A DNA stretch of 64,000 bases from assembly GCA_965240325.2 (NCBI GenBank), contig OZ251227.1, positions 1,240,001 to 1,304,000 of the forward strand, read 5' to 3'. The stretch comes from Rebecca billardiae RCC1528 (taxonomy: Eukaryota > Protista > Haptophyta). Positions 24,221 through 36,820 of the stretch are shown in pieces; the first letter of the stretch is position 1, and the number at the start of each line of letters is the position of its first letter. A model generated the notes under the pieces. That model did not search any database, was not told the DNA's origin, and worked only from the letters and a program-made list of their open reading frames with translations. A program made the position numbers and the translations under genes.

Positions 24221-26083
24221 ATGGCCCGCGGTGTAGGGCGGAGCGCGTAGCGTGGAGCCCCGCCGGGGGCCCTCACTACGTTGTCAAAAAGATCTTTTGA
24301 TCAAAGAAAAGGGGACGGGGGACGATTTTGAGGGCTGTCGGAGGGTGAGTTTTCGCTTTTTTGAGGGGTACCTTGGCCCATTGCTCTGCATTCAGCATTA
24401 GCCAGACGCATTGACGAAATAGCCGCGCCCACTCCAATTCCGTATCTACGGACGGACGTGAGTAATACGTAGCCGCTGGACGTGCCTTTGTCAGTATATC
24501 TGGGTAGTGAACGAATATTTAGCTGCGATTTGTTGTAAATATTCATACGGAACAAAACTTGGTCGCCAGCCCGGGACCAACCGGACCCAGGGCCGGACGT
24601 GTTTTTTAAAAGTGCATGTGCACGGGGGTCCTACAGTAGCAGGGTATTCTACCAAGGGGGTTCCCGTTCAATCTTCCGACGATATGGTTGAACGTGCATG
24701 GTCGTAAATGGACATGGTTCCCGCGGAAGCCACTAGCTACAGTAGAGGGCGCACTGCAGATGAAAAGATGATCACTCCGTACCCCCATAAGGGCGCACTG
24801 CAGATGAAAAGATGATCACTCCGTACCCCCATAGTAGGGTATTCGTGATACGAATACAGCACGCAGACGAAATTGCACTTGGGGCAAGGCCCTTGACGAC
24901 TCCGGCGCCGGTGACGCCGGCGCGACCGCGACGCGTGGAACTGCGGAGCCCTTGACTCGGACCGCCGGGACCGCGTGCGTACTGCGTGCGCGTGCCGCCG
25001 CAGTACGCCGCGGTGCGCGAGGTGGTGGCGGAGGCCGGCCGGCCGCTGCCTCTCGCCCTCGCACTCTGCTCTCCCCGAGCGCGCCTGTCGCCTCGCAGGC
25101 CCCGCGTCTACTCCGTCTCGCCCGGCCCTCGCACTCCGCTCTCACCGAGCGCGCCCACCGGTCCGTGTCGTCTCGCCGGGCCGCGTGGCCGAGTCACGCC
25201 GAGTCGGCGCGCGCCCAACAACCTACCCGCAGGCGCGTTCGTCGCTCGAGGAGGAGCGAAGGGCGAGCCGAGTCCGGAGCACTACGCGAGCTCGTCGCTT
25301 GAGGAATGAGGACGGGAGCGTGCCGCGACGGCACGCCGCAGGCGCAGCGGAGATGAGCCGGATGCCGCCCGGAGCTAGTAGTGCGGCTGAAGGGCGAGCT
25401 CGAGCTCGCGAGCTCGCTCCTCGACGCCGAGCGCGAGCTCCTCCTCAACTCGGTCGTCGACCGCGCCGGAGGTGCAGCAGCAGCAACTCGGCGAGCACGC
25501 ACGGCCACGGGCTGCCGATTGTCACGGCCTGCCGCGCTGGCCGCCGCCGCTGCGTGGCTTCGAGGCCGACGCCGGCGGACGAGGAGGCGGCGGGCGAGCA
25601 CGGCGCGGCGCGGTGGAGCAGGCGCGCACGCGCGGCGGCAGGCGCGACGCGCCGCTCGCCTCGTTCCACTCCGAGCTCCCGCTCGGTCTCGCCTCTGGCG
25701 ATCGGTGCGCGGCTGCGCAGCGCACCGGGGCCGCGGGGCCAGCAGTGCCCGCTGGCCGAGTGGCGCGCGCTCTCGCTCTGCCCGGGCACGAAGCGCGCCG
25801 GCTGAGCGACCAGCGGCCCGTCGTCGAGCGCATGGCGCAGCGCGAGCACCTCAAGCAGGTGCGCCCGCACGCCCGCCCGCGCCGGCCCGCGCCGCGCGGC
25901 GCCTCTCGCCCTGCGCGCGCGCGCCGCCCCGGCGGCCGCGCTTCCCGCCGCGCGGCCCGCGGCGACAGTCCTCGGCCCGCCATGTCAGTCAGAGTGTCAG
26001 ACTGATCGACAGCAGCCGACGGAGGTTGCACCGCGGGCCCCTAACTACGTTGGTTCTACGGAAGGACCGCGGAACGCGGTCAT
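24221..26083 (+). mobile_element. Family-2 non-autonomous rolling-circle-like element (complete copy) with a captured gene fragment
   Basis: Starts ATGGCCCGCGGTGTA. Partner repeat TGCACCGCGGGCC at 26027-26039, spacer TAACTACGTTGGTTCTACGGAAG, hairpin GACCGCG-GAA-CGCGGTC at 26065-26081, ends AT. A 44-bp tandem duplication lies at 24746-24833. Confidence 0.82.

Positions 26084-26088
<5 letters not shown>

Positions 26089-26156
<68 letters not shown>
26089..26156. repeat. (TA)n microsatellite
   Basis: Read directly from the sequence. Confidence 0.97.
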
Positions 26157-26159
<3 letters not shown>

Positions 26160-26851
26160 GTGTTATTGGCACAATAATAATCGATTGTGTCCGCTGGCGA
26201 GAAGTACGTGGCCATACTACCCGCCGATCGACTCTGTCCACTTGCGTCGTTCAAGGTGAACCAATTGGCGATTCTCGACATCAACGCACAGTCACGCGCT
26301 TGCTGCAGCTGCTTGATGCCTGGGCACCCTGTGCCTCCCAAGCTGAGCTGGCCCACTGCCACTGCTGATGAAGGGCTACAGTATACCTGTTCGGCGCTCG
26401 CCTACAGCATGGCTGATACAAATGATTCATCATCATTCTGGCGGCGGCCGGAGCAACCACCCCGAGCGCTCACCATTCCCGCCATCGTCAAGCATCCGGT
26501 ACAAGTAACATATATGACTTTGTGATGCATCAATGAATACGAACTCGGTCGCCCAGCGCCCCAGCTATGTTCCAGCTCATCTATTGGCCCCTCGTCTACA
26601 GCCGGTCGATCATACATTGGGGGGCACTCAAGTTCGGAGTACAAACAGCTGCATGGGATCTTATGGCGTGACGCGACAACCTTCTCTCGCTCCGCCTGCT
26701 TCTGGTCGCTGCCTGCTGTGCCCCTCTGCAGCCCGCCGGGGGCTGCAACATATCTTCGACGCCGAGAAAATCCCAATAAGCAGGAGTGTCTGCATGAAGT
26801 AAGTATGCGCCTGCCACATCCTGGCAGTTGGTTGCGTACGCAGGGCCAAGG

Positions 26852-26913
<62 letters not shown>

Positions 26914-27213
26914 TGTGTAAAAAAAACCAGTTCACCAATTGGCCGTCCTGTGCCGTTGCCAACCTTGCCTATTTGCCTAAGGCCCAGGAGCATCACAGCG
27001 AGTAGGTTGTTCGGGGTCGTTGTGCGAGCGCACAGAGCAGGCTCGAAAGTCCTTCGTGGCACGAGAAGAGGGTGGCCAAGGGCAAGATGGCAGCCGGACT
27101 TGAGCTCGGCCGCCTGGCTCGGGCCGAAGGGCAGGCAGGTGTTGATACGGCGCATTGCGCTCCCACCGTCCTCTTAGACAATCAGTTATTGTGCCAATAA
27201 CCCCACATATAGA

Positions 27214-27254
<41 letters not shown>

Positions 27255-27731
27255 TAGCCGTCCTCGTGAACGCCGACGCCAACTGCTGGCCGAAGGTGGG
27301 CACGCCGCCTGGCATGTCGATGCCGAGGCGGCTGCGTGTGTTCCTACTCAGTGGGATTTACGTGTCCGCATAGTCATGCCTTGGCGAGCGGCAGCAGATG
27401 CGGTGGGCATGCCGCTCGCCGTCGACGAGACGCGGTGCGGCCGAAAGATGTTGGTCGGTGCACGCGACGCGCCACCCGCGTGCGAGCCGCCGCCGCCGCC
27501 GACGCAGGGCCACGAGCCCGGCTGCAGCCATCTCGCCCGCCCGCGCCTGGCGAAGCAGCCAGGGGGCGCCGGAAACAGATCTCCGGGGCGACAAACCCGG
27601 ACAGACTGTTTGTCCGGGAGCAGCCCTTTGAGGCGATGGTCTGGTAGAGGGCGATGTGGCTGATGAGCGGCGCTGGCGCCCGGCGTTCTTGTCGTCCTCT
27701 TAGACAATCAGTTATTGTACCAATACCCCCC
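26157..27731. mobile_element. Cluster of three ~40-bp hairpin termini, each abutting a microsatellite (26157-26191 minus; 27167-27206 and 27693-27731 plus)
   Basis: CGTCCTCTTAGACAATCAGTTATTGT(G/A)CCAATA(A/-)CCCC followed by ATAT. The reverse-complement copy GTGGTGTTATTGGCACAATAA follows the (TA)n array. Further microsatellites at 26852-26913 and 27216-27252. Confidence 0.6.
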
Positions 27732-28398
27732 ATATACATATACATATACATATATATATTTGCTGATGTCGTACTGACAATCAGGAAACGCAGCGGCAGT
27801 CGTGTGACGTGACACGTGTCCCGTGTCCGGCCACGACGGTGCTGTCTCAGTCTGCTGCCAGCTAACTATAAGCTGCGTACCGAGTTTATTGCGATAACTA
27901 TACTGTAATCAGTGAATGTCATCAGCAGCAGCATGCGCAGCATATTATGCGGGCCCGGAGGGCCGGGCCCGGAGGGCCCGTGTACCAAACCCGCAAGCGC
28001 GAATCCGACGATGGCGGCGCATAATGGTCCAAGGCAAAAGTCCGGAAATCGGCTGGCCTCGTTAGTTGGTGGTCTCAGACGAATGTCCCACCTTCAGATA
28101 CACGATTCATCGTCGAATTCTTGTCGAGGTTTCGTTCGAGCAGCCACGGATCGGGCGCAAACGAAAACGATTGGGGTGTAGTGAACCGCAAACTATTGAT
28201 TCGACACAGCACCGGACTATGAAACATCCAGAATAAAGGCGCATCAAAGAGATGCGAAAGCCCCAGGCCTGCACAGCTTGGCTGGCAGCCCTTGCTGTTG
28301 AGGCTTGAAGCGGTCCGCGCGAGTCGGTACGGTCGCGTCTCGACCTTCGTCGCCGCTGACTCGAGTCCGCGGAGTCGGCGTGACGGCAGCGCATCATC

Positions 28399-28610
28399 AT
28401 GGCCCGCGGTGCAGGGCGGAGCGCGCAGCGTGGAGCCCGCACTGCGGGCCCGAACCACGTTTCAAAAAGATCTTTGATCAAGAAAAAAGGGACGGAAAAA
28501 TAAGGGACGGGGGGCGATTTTTAGGGCTGGCGGAGACCGAGTTTCGAGTTTTTGTTTGAGATCGCATAAGCTAGAGAGGTCTATTAGGCCGAAAAAGACC
28601 GCGTCCGCCA
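28399..28610 (+). mobile_element. Family-2 element, 5' fragment
   Basis: ATGGCCCGCGGTGCAGGGCGGAGCGCGCAGCGTGGAGCCCGC...AAAAAGATCTTTGATCA...GGAGACCGAGTTTCGA matches the reverse complement of 3105-3250. No 3' end was found downstream. Confidence 0.8.
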
Positions 28611-30144
28611 ATTCTGCCTATGTAATCGGTGGACGGGACGTGAGCCTGGCCGTGACTTTAGTGTAACGGTTCGTTACGAGCGAATCGTATTCGTCTTCCC
28701 GGATCGCGTGACGTCCGGACTGGGCCACATCCGGATCGGAGGTGACGTGGCCCGCACGATGGCGGATGGCCGACCAACCGGCCTTGGCTGCGAGCGCGCC
28801 TGCACGTGCCTCCGGACCCGCCTCCCGCTTGCTGCTCACGCAGTCAGCTGCGACCGTGGCGCATGATCGCAGAAGCAGTGCCGGCAGTACGGCCTGCATC
28901 AGTCAGCTAGTGCCGCGCCGTCGTGGCGCGCGCAGTAGTTGCGTTTCGGTTTTTTTGGCAGCGCTCACGCGCTCGGCGCCCGAGCACGCGCGTGCGGCTC
29001 AGGTGTGTCAAATGCGGTCTCGTCGGCGCGTTTTCGCCTGCCACCTCGTGCACCCGTGCCGCCAGCTTCATCGTCTTCATGAGGACTGCTGCTGCTGTCG
29101 CCATCCGCTCTCCATCACCCGAGTCGCGCGGCGCCGCGCGGTAGCATTTTACCATTTAGCAGCTGCGTGCACACGGCACAGTGTCACCACAGCGGCTTCC
29201 CAGCAGTCGTCGACAATTGCGTCGTCAGAATCCTCCTCGTCGTCGGCTTCCACCGCCGCGAGAGGGAACGCTGCCACAGCTGCAGATGGGAGGCAAGTCT
29301 TCTCTCTTCCCACCGCGGCGCGCGCTGCGACAGCCCTCCCAGTTTCCTTCACTAGTGCCCACCTGCTGAGGTTTTGCAGCTCGATCTCAGCAACGGCGCC
29401 ACCTGACGACGAGCGGATTGGATCGGTGCACGGGGAATTGCCGAATTGGATCTCCCGTGCCACCAATCCGCTCGGCTCGTCGCGCCCGGCCGCCTGATCG
29501 CCCAGCCCTCCTAGTTGCAATCAACGACAACGTCGCATTTTTCGACTGCCAGTCACTGGCCCGCTGAGGGCGTACGGGCGGTACGGTCCCTCACCCGTGC
29601 AACGGGTCAAGTGGCCAGAGTACGTCTGGTTGTTGGCTGGTACGGGCCGCAGCGCTAAAGCACCCTGCTGTCACACCCGACTCCTTCAGTACTCCGACTA
29701 ATCCGCGAGCTCTGCGGCACGACTCACTCGGCACGATCGCGGACGGGTCGCCCGGATCCGAGCTGATTGATCAGCCAGTTGGACATTTGGCAGCTAGTTG
29801 TCAGACGGACGTCCGATTTGACCGGTGCGGTCTCAGGTCCGCTGCTGTGATTAGAGTCTCGCGCTGCTGTGAAGTGTTCGAGTGGCATATTACATATCGA
29901 TGCCACTCGGCATATTACATATATATCGGCATCGTCATCATCATCGCGTCAGCATAGTTGGCAGCGCATATAAGCTACTCAAGTATCATCATTCATCGTC
30001 GTCTGTCTGTGTGATCAAGTAGCTATATGCGCTGTATCATAGTGTATGGCCCAATGTGTAGTTATGGCGTATGCCGTGAGACAACGGCGCGTCCTAAGCT
30101 GGCTCCGGCTGGTGGCCCGGCAGGGGGCCTCGCAATGCGGACGC

Positions 30145-31242
30145 CTAGTCGGCATCGTCGTCGTCGTCTTCATCGTCGTCGTCGTCATCGGCGCTGCGCC
30201 CGTCCGCGATGGCCGCGAGCACGGTGGGCAGCAGGTGCACGACCACGTACGCGAGCCAGGAGCCGACGGCGACCGCGATGAAGCGTCGTGAGCGCCGCTT
30301 GGCGCGCAGCCGCTTGGCGGCGGCGGGGTCGGAGGGCTCGGCGGCGCCGCTGACGGTGAGGTTGGAGTGCCGCTCGAGCGCGTGCGCCACCGCCTCCGAC
30401 GCCGTCGCGTCGCCCAGCCGCTCGTCGAGGCCGTGCCCCGCGCCCAGCCGCTCCACGTACTGCACGAGGGGCGGGTGCGCGCCGAGCGCGCGCTGCAGCC
30501 CGTCCGAGGGGAGCGTGCAGCGGTGGATGGTGGCGAGGTACGCGAAGGCGTGGGCGTCGAGCGAGCACGCCGAGTTCCCGCCAAAGTACGGCTGCGTCCC
30601 CAACCGCGCCGCGAGCGCGTCGAGCGCGCGCGCCGCGAGCGCGGCCGCGTGCGTGGCCGAGCCGAGCCCGCGGCGCGCGAGGTACGCGTGCGTGCGGCGC
30701 TGCATCTGCCACGGGCCGTACAGCGAGAGCGGGAAGGGCAGGCACGCCGCGTGCGCCGTGCGGGTGACCGCGGCATAGTTCGCGGCGTCGAGCCACCACG
30801 CGTGCAGCAGCGCGGGCGCGAGTGCGTCCTCGATGAGCGCGTGGTAAGCCGCCATGTCCGCGCGGTCGCGCGCCGAGAGCGTGAGCGCGGCGTCCAGGTC
30901 GTGGCCGAGGGCGCGGAGCTCGTCAAAGAGCTCGGGGGAGTACGCGCGCGAGCGCAGCCCGCCTACCGACAGCAGCGGCAGCTGCATGCGCGGCGCAAGC
31001 TTCGCCGAGGACGCCTCAACCACATGGTAGTCATCGGGCGCCGTCAGCCCGGCGAGCTTCAGGTAGACAAGGGCGTGCGTGCACTGGGGCGAGAGGGACG
31101 GGAGCCCGAAAGCTGGCGCGAGGACGGTGAGTGCAAGCTGCTCCGTCGGATCGGGCGTCTGGGGGCGCGGCTCCGGCGTCAGCCGGGCCGAGCCGGTGGA
31201 GCTGCGCCTCGAGCTCGGCGGGCGGAAAGACGACGATGCCAT
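30145..31242 (-). CDS. Metaxin (mitochondrial SAM complex, GST-like fold) with a C-terminal TM anchor
   Basis: PAFGLPSLSPQCTHALVYLKLAG, SARDRADMAAYHALIEDALAPALLHAWWLDAANY and LDALAARLGTQPYFGGNSACSLDAHAFAYL. C-terminal hydrophobic helix and acidic tail. Confidence 0.88.
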   Translation of the reverse strand: MASSSFRPPSSRRSSTGSARLTPEPRPQTPDPTEQLALTVLAPAFGLPSLSPQCTHALVYLKLAGLTAPDDYHVVEASSAKLAPRMQLPLLSVGGLRSRAYSPELFDELRALGHDLDAALTLSARDRADMAAYHALIEDALAPALLHAWWLDAANYAAVTRTAHAACLPFPLSLYGPWQMQRRTHAYLARRGLGSATHAAALAARALDALAARLGTQPYFGGNSACSLDAHAFAYLATIHRCTLPSDGLQRALGAHPPLVQYVERLGAGHGLDERLGDATASEAVAHALERHSNLTVSGAAEPSDPAAAKRLRAKRRSRRFIAVAVGSWLAYVVVHLLPTVLAAIADGRSADDDDDDEDDDDDAD

Positions 31243-31420
31243 CGCGCCCGTGACTCCGAGTCGCAAGCGGCAAGCCAGCGACGTCCGTGTCGTCGCGCGG
31301 AGATCGTCCCGTGATCGGCCCAACGAGCGCGGCGCCGCTGAGCCGGCCGCTGGCGCGTACAGGCAGCCGGCTGGGCCGCGTGAGCCTGTCGACGCGTCCA
31401 TCGCGGCGTGGTGTGAGCGC

Positions 31421-32801
31421 ATGGAGGCCATCCTCGCGCGCGCTGCGGCGGCGGTCTCGCGCCGCGACGGCGCTGGGCTCGCGGCCGCGCTCGACGCGTG
31501 CACTCGGCCCGACGAGCAGCTGCTCGGCCAGCTCCGAGATGGCTCGGTCGACGCGGGCGCCGCGTGCGCGCGCGCGCTCCCGGAGCCGTACGACGAGATG
31601 CTCGCGTGCCGGCTGCGCGCCTCCGCCGCGAGCGAGCGGCGCGAGTACTCGGACGCATACGTGCAGCAGGAGGGCTGCCTGAGCGCCTTCCACAAAGTCT
31701 TCCAGGAGTCCGGCGCGGACTGGCTGCTGCCGGCGCTGCACGTGATCGACCACGCCGTGCGCAAGCTGGCGCTCCAGGCGGACACGCAGCTCCGCGCGCA
31801 GGGCGCCAAGGCGGACAAGCTGCAGGAGGCCGCGCGCGTGCTCAACCGCTCGTTCACGATCACGATCACCGACCGCGCGCCGCTCGAGGCGTCGAAGAAG
31901 TGGGGCGCGCTCGCGGTGATCAACGAGCTGTTCAAGGTGTACTTCAAGATGAACAACCTGCGGCTGTGCACCAACCTCATCCGCGCGGTCGACGGCACGG
32001 GCTTCCCCCCCTTCGACGACTTCCCGATGTCGCAGAAGGTGGCGTACAAGTACTACGTGGGCAGGCTGTCGATGCTCAACGCCAACTTCCAGCTGGTGCG
32101 CGCAGGCTGGGGTGGTGGGGATGCCAGCGGGCGCCCGCGGGGCGAGACTGCGCGCGGGCGCGGGCGCCCCAGGTCACCGCAGGCGCGGGCGGGCACGGCA
32201 GCGCACGCGCGGCTGGCCAGCGCGCGCCCATGTTGGGCGGCTCACCACTCGCCCCGTCGCCCTTGCTCCCTCGCAGGCGGAGGAGCAGCTCATGTACGCC
32301 TTCGACCACTGCCCGCGCACGAGCGTCAAGAACAAGCGGCTGTGCCTGCTCTACCTCGTGCCCACGCGCCTCGTGCTCGGACGCTTCGCCTCGGGCCGCC
32401 TACTCGACAAGTACTCGCTGGCGCACTTCCGCCCGCTGTGCGCAGCGGTGAGCGCAGGCGACCTGCGCGCGTTCAACGAGCACAAAGACGCGCACCAGTC
32501 GCTGTACATTCAGCAGGGCATCTACCTGATCGTCGAGCGCGCCAAGACGATCGTGTACCGCAACCTCTTCAAGCGCATGCACGGCATAATGGCCACCAAC
32601 AAGATGTCGCTGCGGCAGATGTCGGCCGCTCTCGGCGCTGCCGGCGTCCCGACCGACATTGACGAGCTCGAATGCATCCTCGCCAACCTCATCTACCAGA
32701 ACTACGTGAAGGGGTACATCTCGCACCAGAAGCGCTTCCTGGTCGTCTCTGCGAAGGAGCCCTTCCCCGCGCTGTCGGCGGTGGCAGCTGCGCAGTCATG
32801 A
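31421..32801 (+). CDS. PCID2: PCI domain-containing protein 2 (THP1/CSN12-like, TREX-2 subunit); exons 31421-32095, 32277-32801
   Basis: SKKWGALAVINELFKVYFKMNNLRLCTNLIRAV, QKVAYKYYVGRL and DIDELECILANLIYQNYVKGYISH. One GT-AG intron. Confidence 0.92.
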
Positions 32802-33109
32802 TGATGGCGCCGGGGCACAGCGTTCGGGCTGGGCCGCCTCGGCCTGGGGACCCGTTGGCCGTTCGAGTCCCGCGGAGTCCCTCTGGTCAATGATGCGTCA
32901 ACGCCCTGTGGCTGTGGCAGCACGCAGCACGCAGTCGGCAGGGTGGCTGCGATTACAGTCGGTGTCAGCCTCACGACGATATATATATATACGTGTCTAG
33001 CAGTGTCGTCGTCGTCATCGATATCGCTTTATTTCGTCAGCATATCATGCAGCCATGATATCGGCGGCCGGCTCCGAGTTCATCAATTTTTATTTATTTA
33101 TTATAAATT

Positions 33110-34780
33110 ATGGCGCACGGCCCCCCCGAAAGGTCTGAGCGTGAGCGAAAGCCGGGGGGGGCGGCGCACGTGCTCCGCAAAATCAAAAAAGAGGATGCGC
33201 GCAGGATTTGGGGGGATTTTTGTAGGTGGATTTAGTTAGGTGTGAAACCGAGCATTTGAGTCCATTTCGCTGCTCATGATTGCGTTTGTACTGCTCCTTA
33301 ATCCTTGGATAGTAAGTAATAGAAGAAATCGGAAGCAAATAGGACGAAGTCATCTGTTATTGGCTTCTTGGCCCAATGCGGGTGGGATTCGAAATCTTTA
33401 TCTGCGAGGATTAAGAGCTCTCTGATGAAAGAAGTGTAGTGAGTGTGTCCTAGACAGCCTGAGCGGAAGGGCAATTATTGCGATTGTCATTCAAGATTCC
33501 TCACCCCTTATTGCAAACTGATTCCGAAGCCAATGCGGGTGTGATCGAAAATAAGACTACCAGCATAAGTCGCGTGACGATTCAGATCGCGAGGCGTCAT
33601 GTTCCGTCGACGGTGCCGCCGTGCGCACGTGCCGCCCCGTGCGCGCGCGCGGCGGCGTGGCGCGCGGCCGAGCGCCGGGGAGCCTGGGCGGCGGCAGGCG
33701 CGCGGCGGGGCATGCGCTGCCCGAGAAGCTGGCGCACTCGCCCAGCGCCGCCGCGCACACCGCCGCCGACCTCGCGCGCACGCCCTCCGTCAACTCCTCG
33801 GCGTCCCGTCAGTCAGCGCAGGGGCGGAGCCGGAGGGCGCTAACCGGTCGGCGCACAGTGCCGCCGTCGCGGCGACGACGGCGACGACGGCGGCGCACGC
33901 GGGCGGCAGACGCTGTGCGAGCGCGCCACCGCCGACGCCGTCGCGCCGCCGCTGCCCTTGCCGCACCGTGCCGCCGTCGCAGACGGCAGACGGGCCGCGC
34001 CGCCGTTGGTCAACGCGCGCGCACGCGCTGCCACGGCCGCCGCACCGCCGCCGTCGAGATTCAAGATCGGCGCGGGCGTACGCTGCGGCTCGCGCAACGC
34101 GCCGCCGCCGCCGCCGCCGCTCCTCCCGCCCCCGTCCGCCCTCCCGCCCGTCCCGCGCCTCGACGGCGCGCGCCTCCAAAATGTGTCGGCACCACCGTGC
34201 TCCGCGCCCTCGTGGCAGACGGCGGCGCACGCGGGGCTGCTGCCGTGTGGGCGACGGCGCGCGGCGCGCGACCCGACGTACGCGGCGGCGCTCGGCCGCA
34301 CGCTCGAGGGGCCGCTGTGCGCGCTCGCCGCGCCGCCGCTGCCCGCCGCCGCCGCAAGCCGCAAGTCGCTCGCGCGCCGCGGCCGCGGCCGTGAGGCGGG
34401 CGGGAGGTGGCGGCTCGGCGCGCGCTGCGGAGGCGCCGCTGCTGCCGCTGCGCGCGGCGCAGCGGCTTCTCGCGTAGTGGTCGGGCGCGGCGCTGAGTGG
34501 CTGCTCTGCGCGCAGCGCGGCTGCGCACACAACGCGCGTGCGAGCTCGCGTGCACCCCCGGCGCCGCCCGGCCCGGCTGTCGGACTCGCCAGTGACTCGG
34601 CTGCATTCGGCGCATGGCACCGTCCGACCGTCCGACCGTGTCGTCACAAGCCGGCTGCTGCTCACATTCACAAGCTGCGTGATTCGTGACGAATAAGACA
34701 GAACGCGACAACTAGCCACTATAGGGCCGTGCGCCGTCAACTTCGTTGTTCACTACCCGAAGATCGGCGTAGCCGATCAT
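33110..34780 (+). mobile_element. Family-1 element, copy B (chimeric cargo)
   Basis: The 5' ~250 bp is nearly identical to 3499-3750. Partner repeat GGGCCGTGCGCC at 34724-34735; terminal hairpin and AT at 34762-34780. Confidence 0.85.
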
Positions 34781-34944
34781 ATTCCGACAATACTTCCGAA
34801 ATGACCGAATAATGGCGAATATCGCCATCGGCGCCGCGCTAGGCTGCGGCCGGCTCCGCGGCCACCCACCGCCCCCGGGGCTGATGACGAGTTCGGCGCT
34901 GCTGATCGTCATATACTAACTAGTTATTGACGATATATATTATT

Positions 34945-36820
34945 ATGGCGCACGGCCCCCCCGAAAGGTCTGAGCGTGAGCGAAAGGCAAAGCCGGGGGG
35001 GGGGGGGGGCGGCGCACGTGCTCCGCAAAATCAAAAAAGATAAAGGCGCGCGTGATGCTGGTGGGGATTTTGTACTTGTAGCAGGGGGAGAGCTGCTAGA
35101 TGAATGGCATTCAACCCCCTTGATGACGCTTGATTGCGTTCGTACTATCCGATTCCCCTGCTCGTATTAATCTCTTTCTGCAGGCATAGATACTAATAGG
35201 GCAATTCCCTCGCTGAATAGCACAAATGGCCCGTTGACCTTCTTGGCCCAATGCGGGTGGGATTCGACATCTCTATCTGCGAGGATTAACAGCTCTCTGA
35301 AAACGAGTGTGTCCTGGACAACTTGAAAGGGCAGCGATCGGCTTTGATTCTGCCTCTTGTAGTAAAGTTTTATGGTACGAGTTAACGAACCGTCACTTCT
35401 GGGCTCTCTGGTCGCGAACAGTCACGATCCAACCGCCGCCCGCACGTCGGCGCGAGTCCCGGTGCGATGCGGCGGCGTGTGTAGCGGCCAGGCGGAGGCG
35501 TCGGGGGCGGCGGCTGAAGGGAGCGAGGGCGGTGGTGGCGGCACGGACGAGGGAGGCGCGCCGAACGGCATGTCCGTCCTCACCCTCGCCAGCGGCGGCC
35601 GCCCGCGCGTCACCGCCGCCGGCTCTCAGCCGACGCCGCCGCCCGCGAGTGCCGCCCGAACGGCGCGCGGCGAGCGCGTCACGGCAGGCGGCGGGGGCGG
35701 CGACTGCAGGGAGCGAGGGCGATGGTGGCGGCGCAGTCGAGGGAGGTGCGCCATCCGGACAGCGCGGCGGCGCGGCGCGCGGCCGAGCGCGGGAGCCTGG
35801 GCGGCGGCGGGCGCGCGGCGGGGCATGTGGCGCATGTGCTGCCCGAGAGGCTGGCGCACTCGCCCAGCGCCGCCGCGCACACCGCCGCCGACCTCGCGCG
35901 CACGACCTCCGTCAACTCCTCCGTCAGCGGCGGAGAGCGCGTCGCCTCGCCGCCCACGCTGCCGCTCAGCCGGTTCGTCATCCGAGCGCTCGCCGGGCGC
36001 CCGCGGCGTGCGGACAGCGCGGCGGCGCGGCGCGCGGCCGAGCGCGGGAGCCTGGGCGGCGGCGGGCGCGCGGCGGGGCATGTGCTGCCCGAGAGGCTGG
36101 CGCACTCGCCCAGCGCCGCCGCGCACACCGCCGCCGACCTCGCGCGCACGACCTCCGTCAACTCCTCCGTCAGCGGCGGAGAGCGCGTCGCCTCGCCGCC
36201 CACGCTGCCGCCCAGCCGGTTCGTCATCCGAGCGCTCGCCGGGCGCCCGCGGCGTCACGCCCCGCTGAGTCACGGCGGCGTGCGCCGGGCCGCGGTCGCC
36301 GCCTACTAAGTGGTGGGACCGCCGCTGGGGGGCGGGGCGGGCGGAGGAGATGGCGGTGGCGAAGGAGGACGCGGTGGTGGACGTGGACGTCACGCAGTCC
36401 GAGCTGCACTGGCTCATCCACCTCCTCTCTGCACTCGACCCGCCGCCGTCACCGACGGCGCAGCAGCTGGCGGCGGCGCGACGGATGGTGGCGGGCGCGG
36501 CCGCGGCCGAGGCGGGCGCGCGCCGCGCGCGCCGCTGCGGCGGCGTGGAGCGGCGGGAGCTGAGCTGCGCGCTGCTGCACACGCAGTCACGCTGCGCACG
36601 TGCTGCAGACGCTGTACGAGCGCGCCACCGCCGACGCCGTCGCGCCGCCGCTGCCCCCGCCGCACCGGCACCGTCCGACCGTCCGACCGTGTTGTCACAA
36701 GCCGCGGCTGCTGCTCACTCACATTCACAAGCTCACTAGCTGCGTGATGGTGACTAGCCACTAGGGCCGTGCGCCCTCAACTTCGTTGTTCACTACCCGA
36801 AGATCGGCGTAGCCGATCAT
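34945..36820 (+). mobile_element. Family-1 element, copy C
   Basis: Same 5' end and 3' tail as copies A and B. Internal ~250-bp tandem duplication at 35756-36009 and 36011-36255. Confidence 0.85.

Noticed and set aside
31243-32049. 634-aa metaxin ORF overlapping PCID2 antisense
   Set aside because: The upstream part is the antisense shadow of PCID2; metaxin homology starts after ATG 31242.
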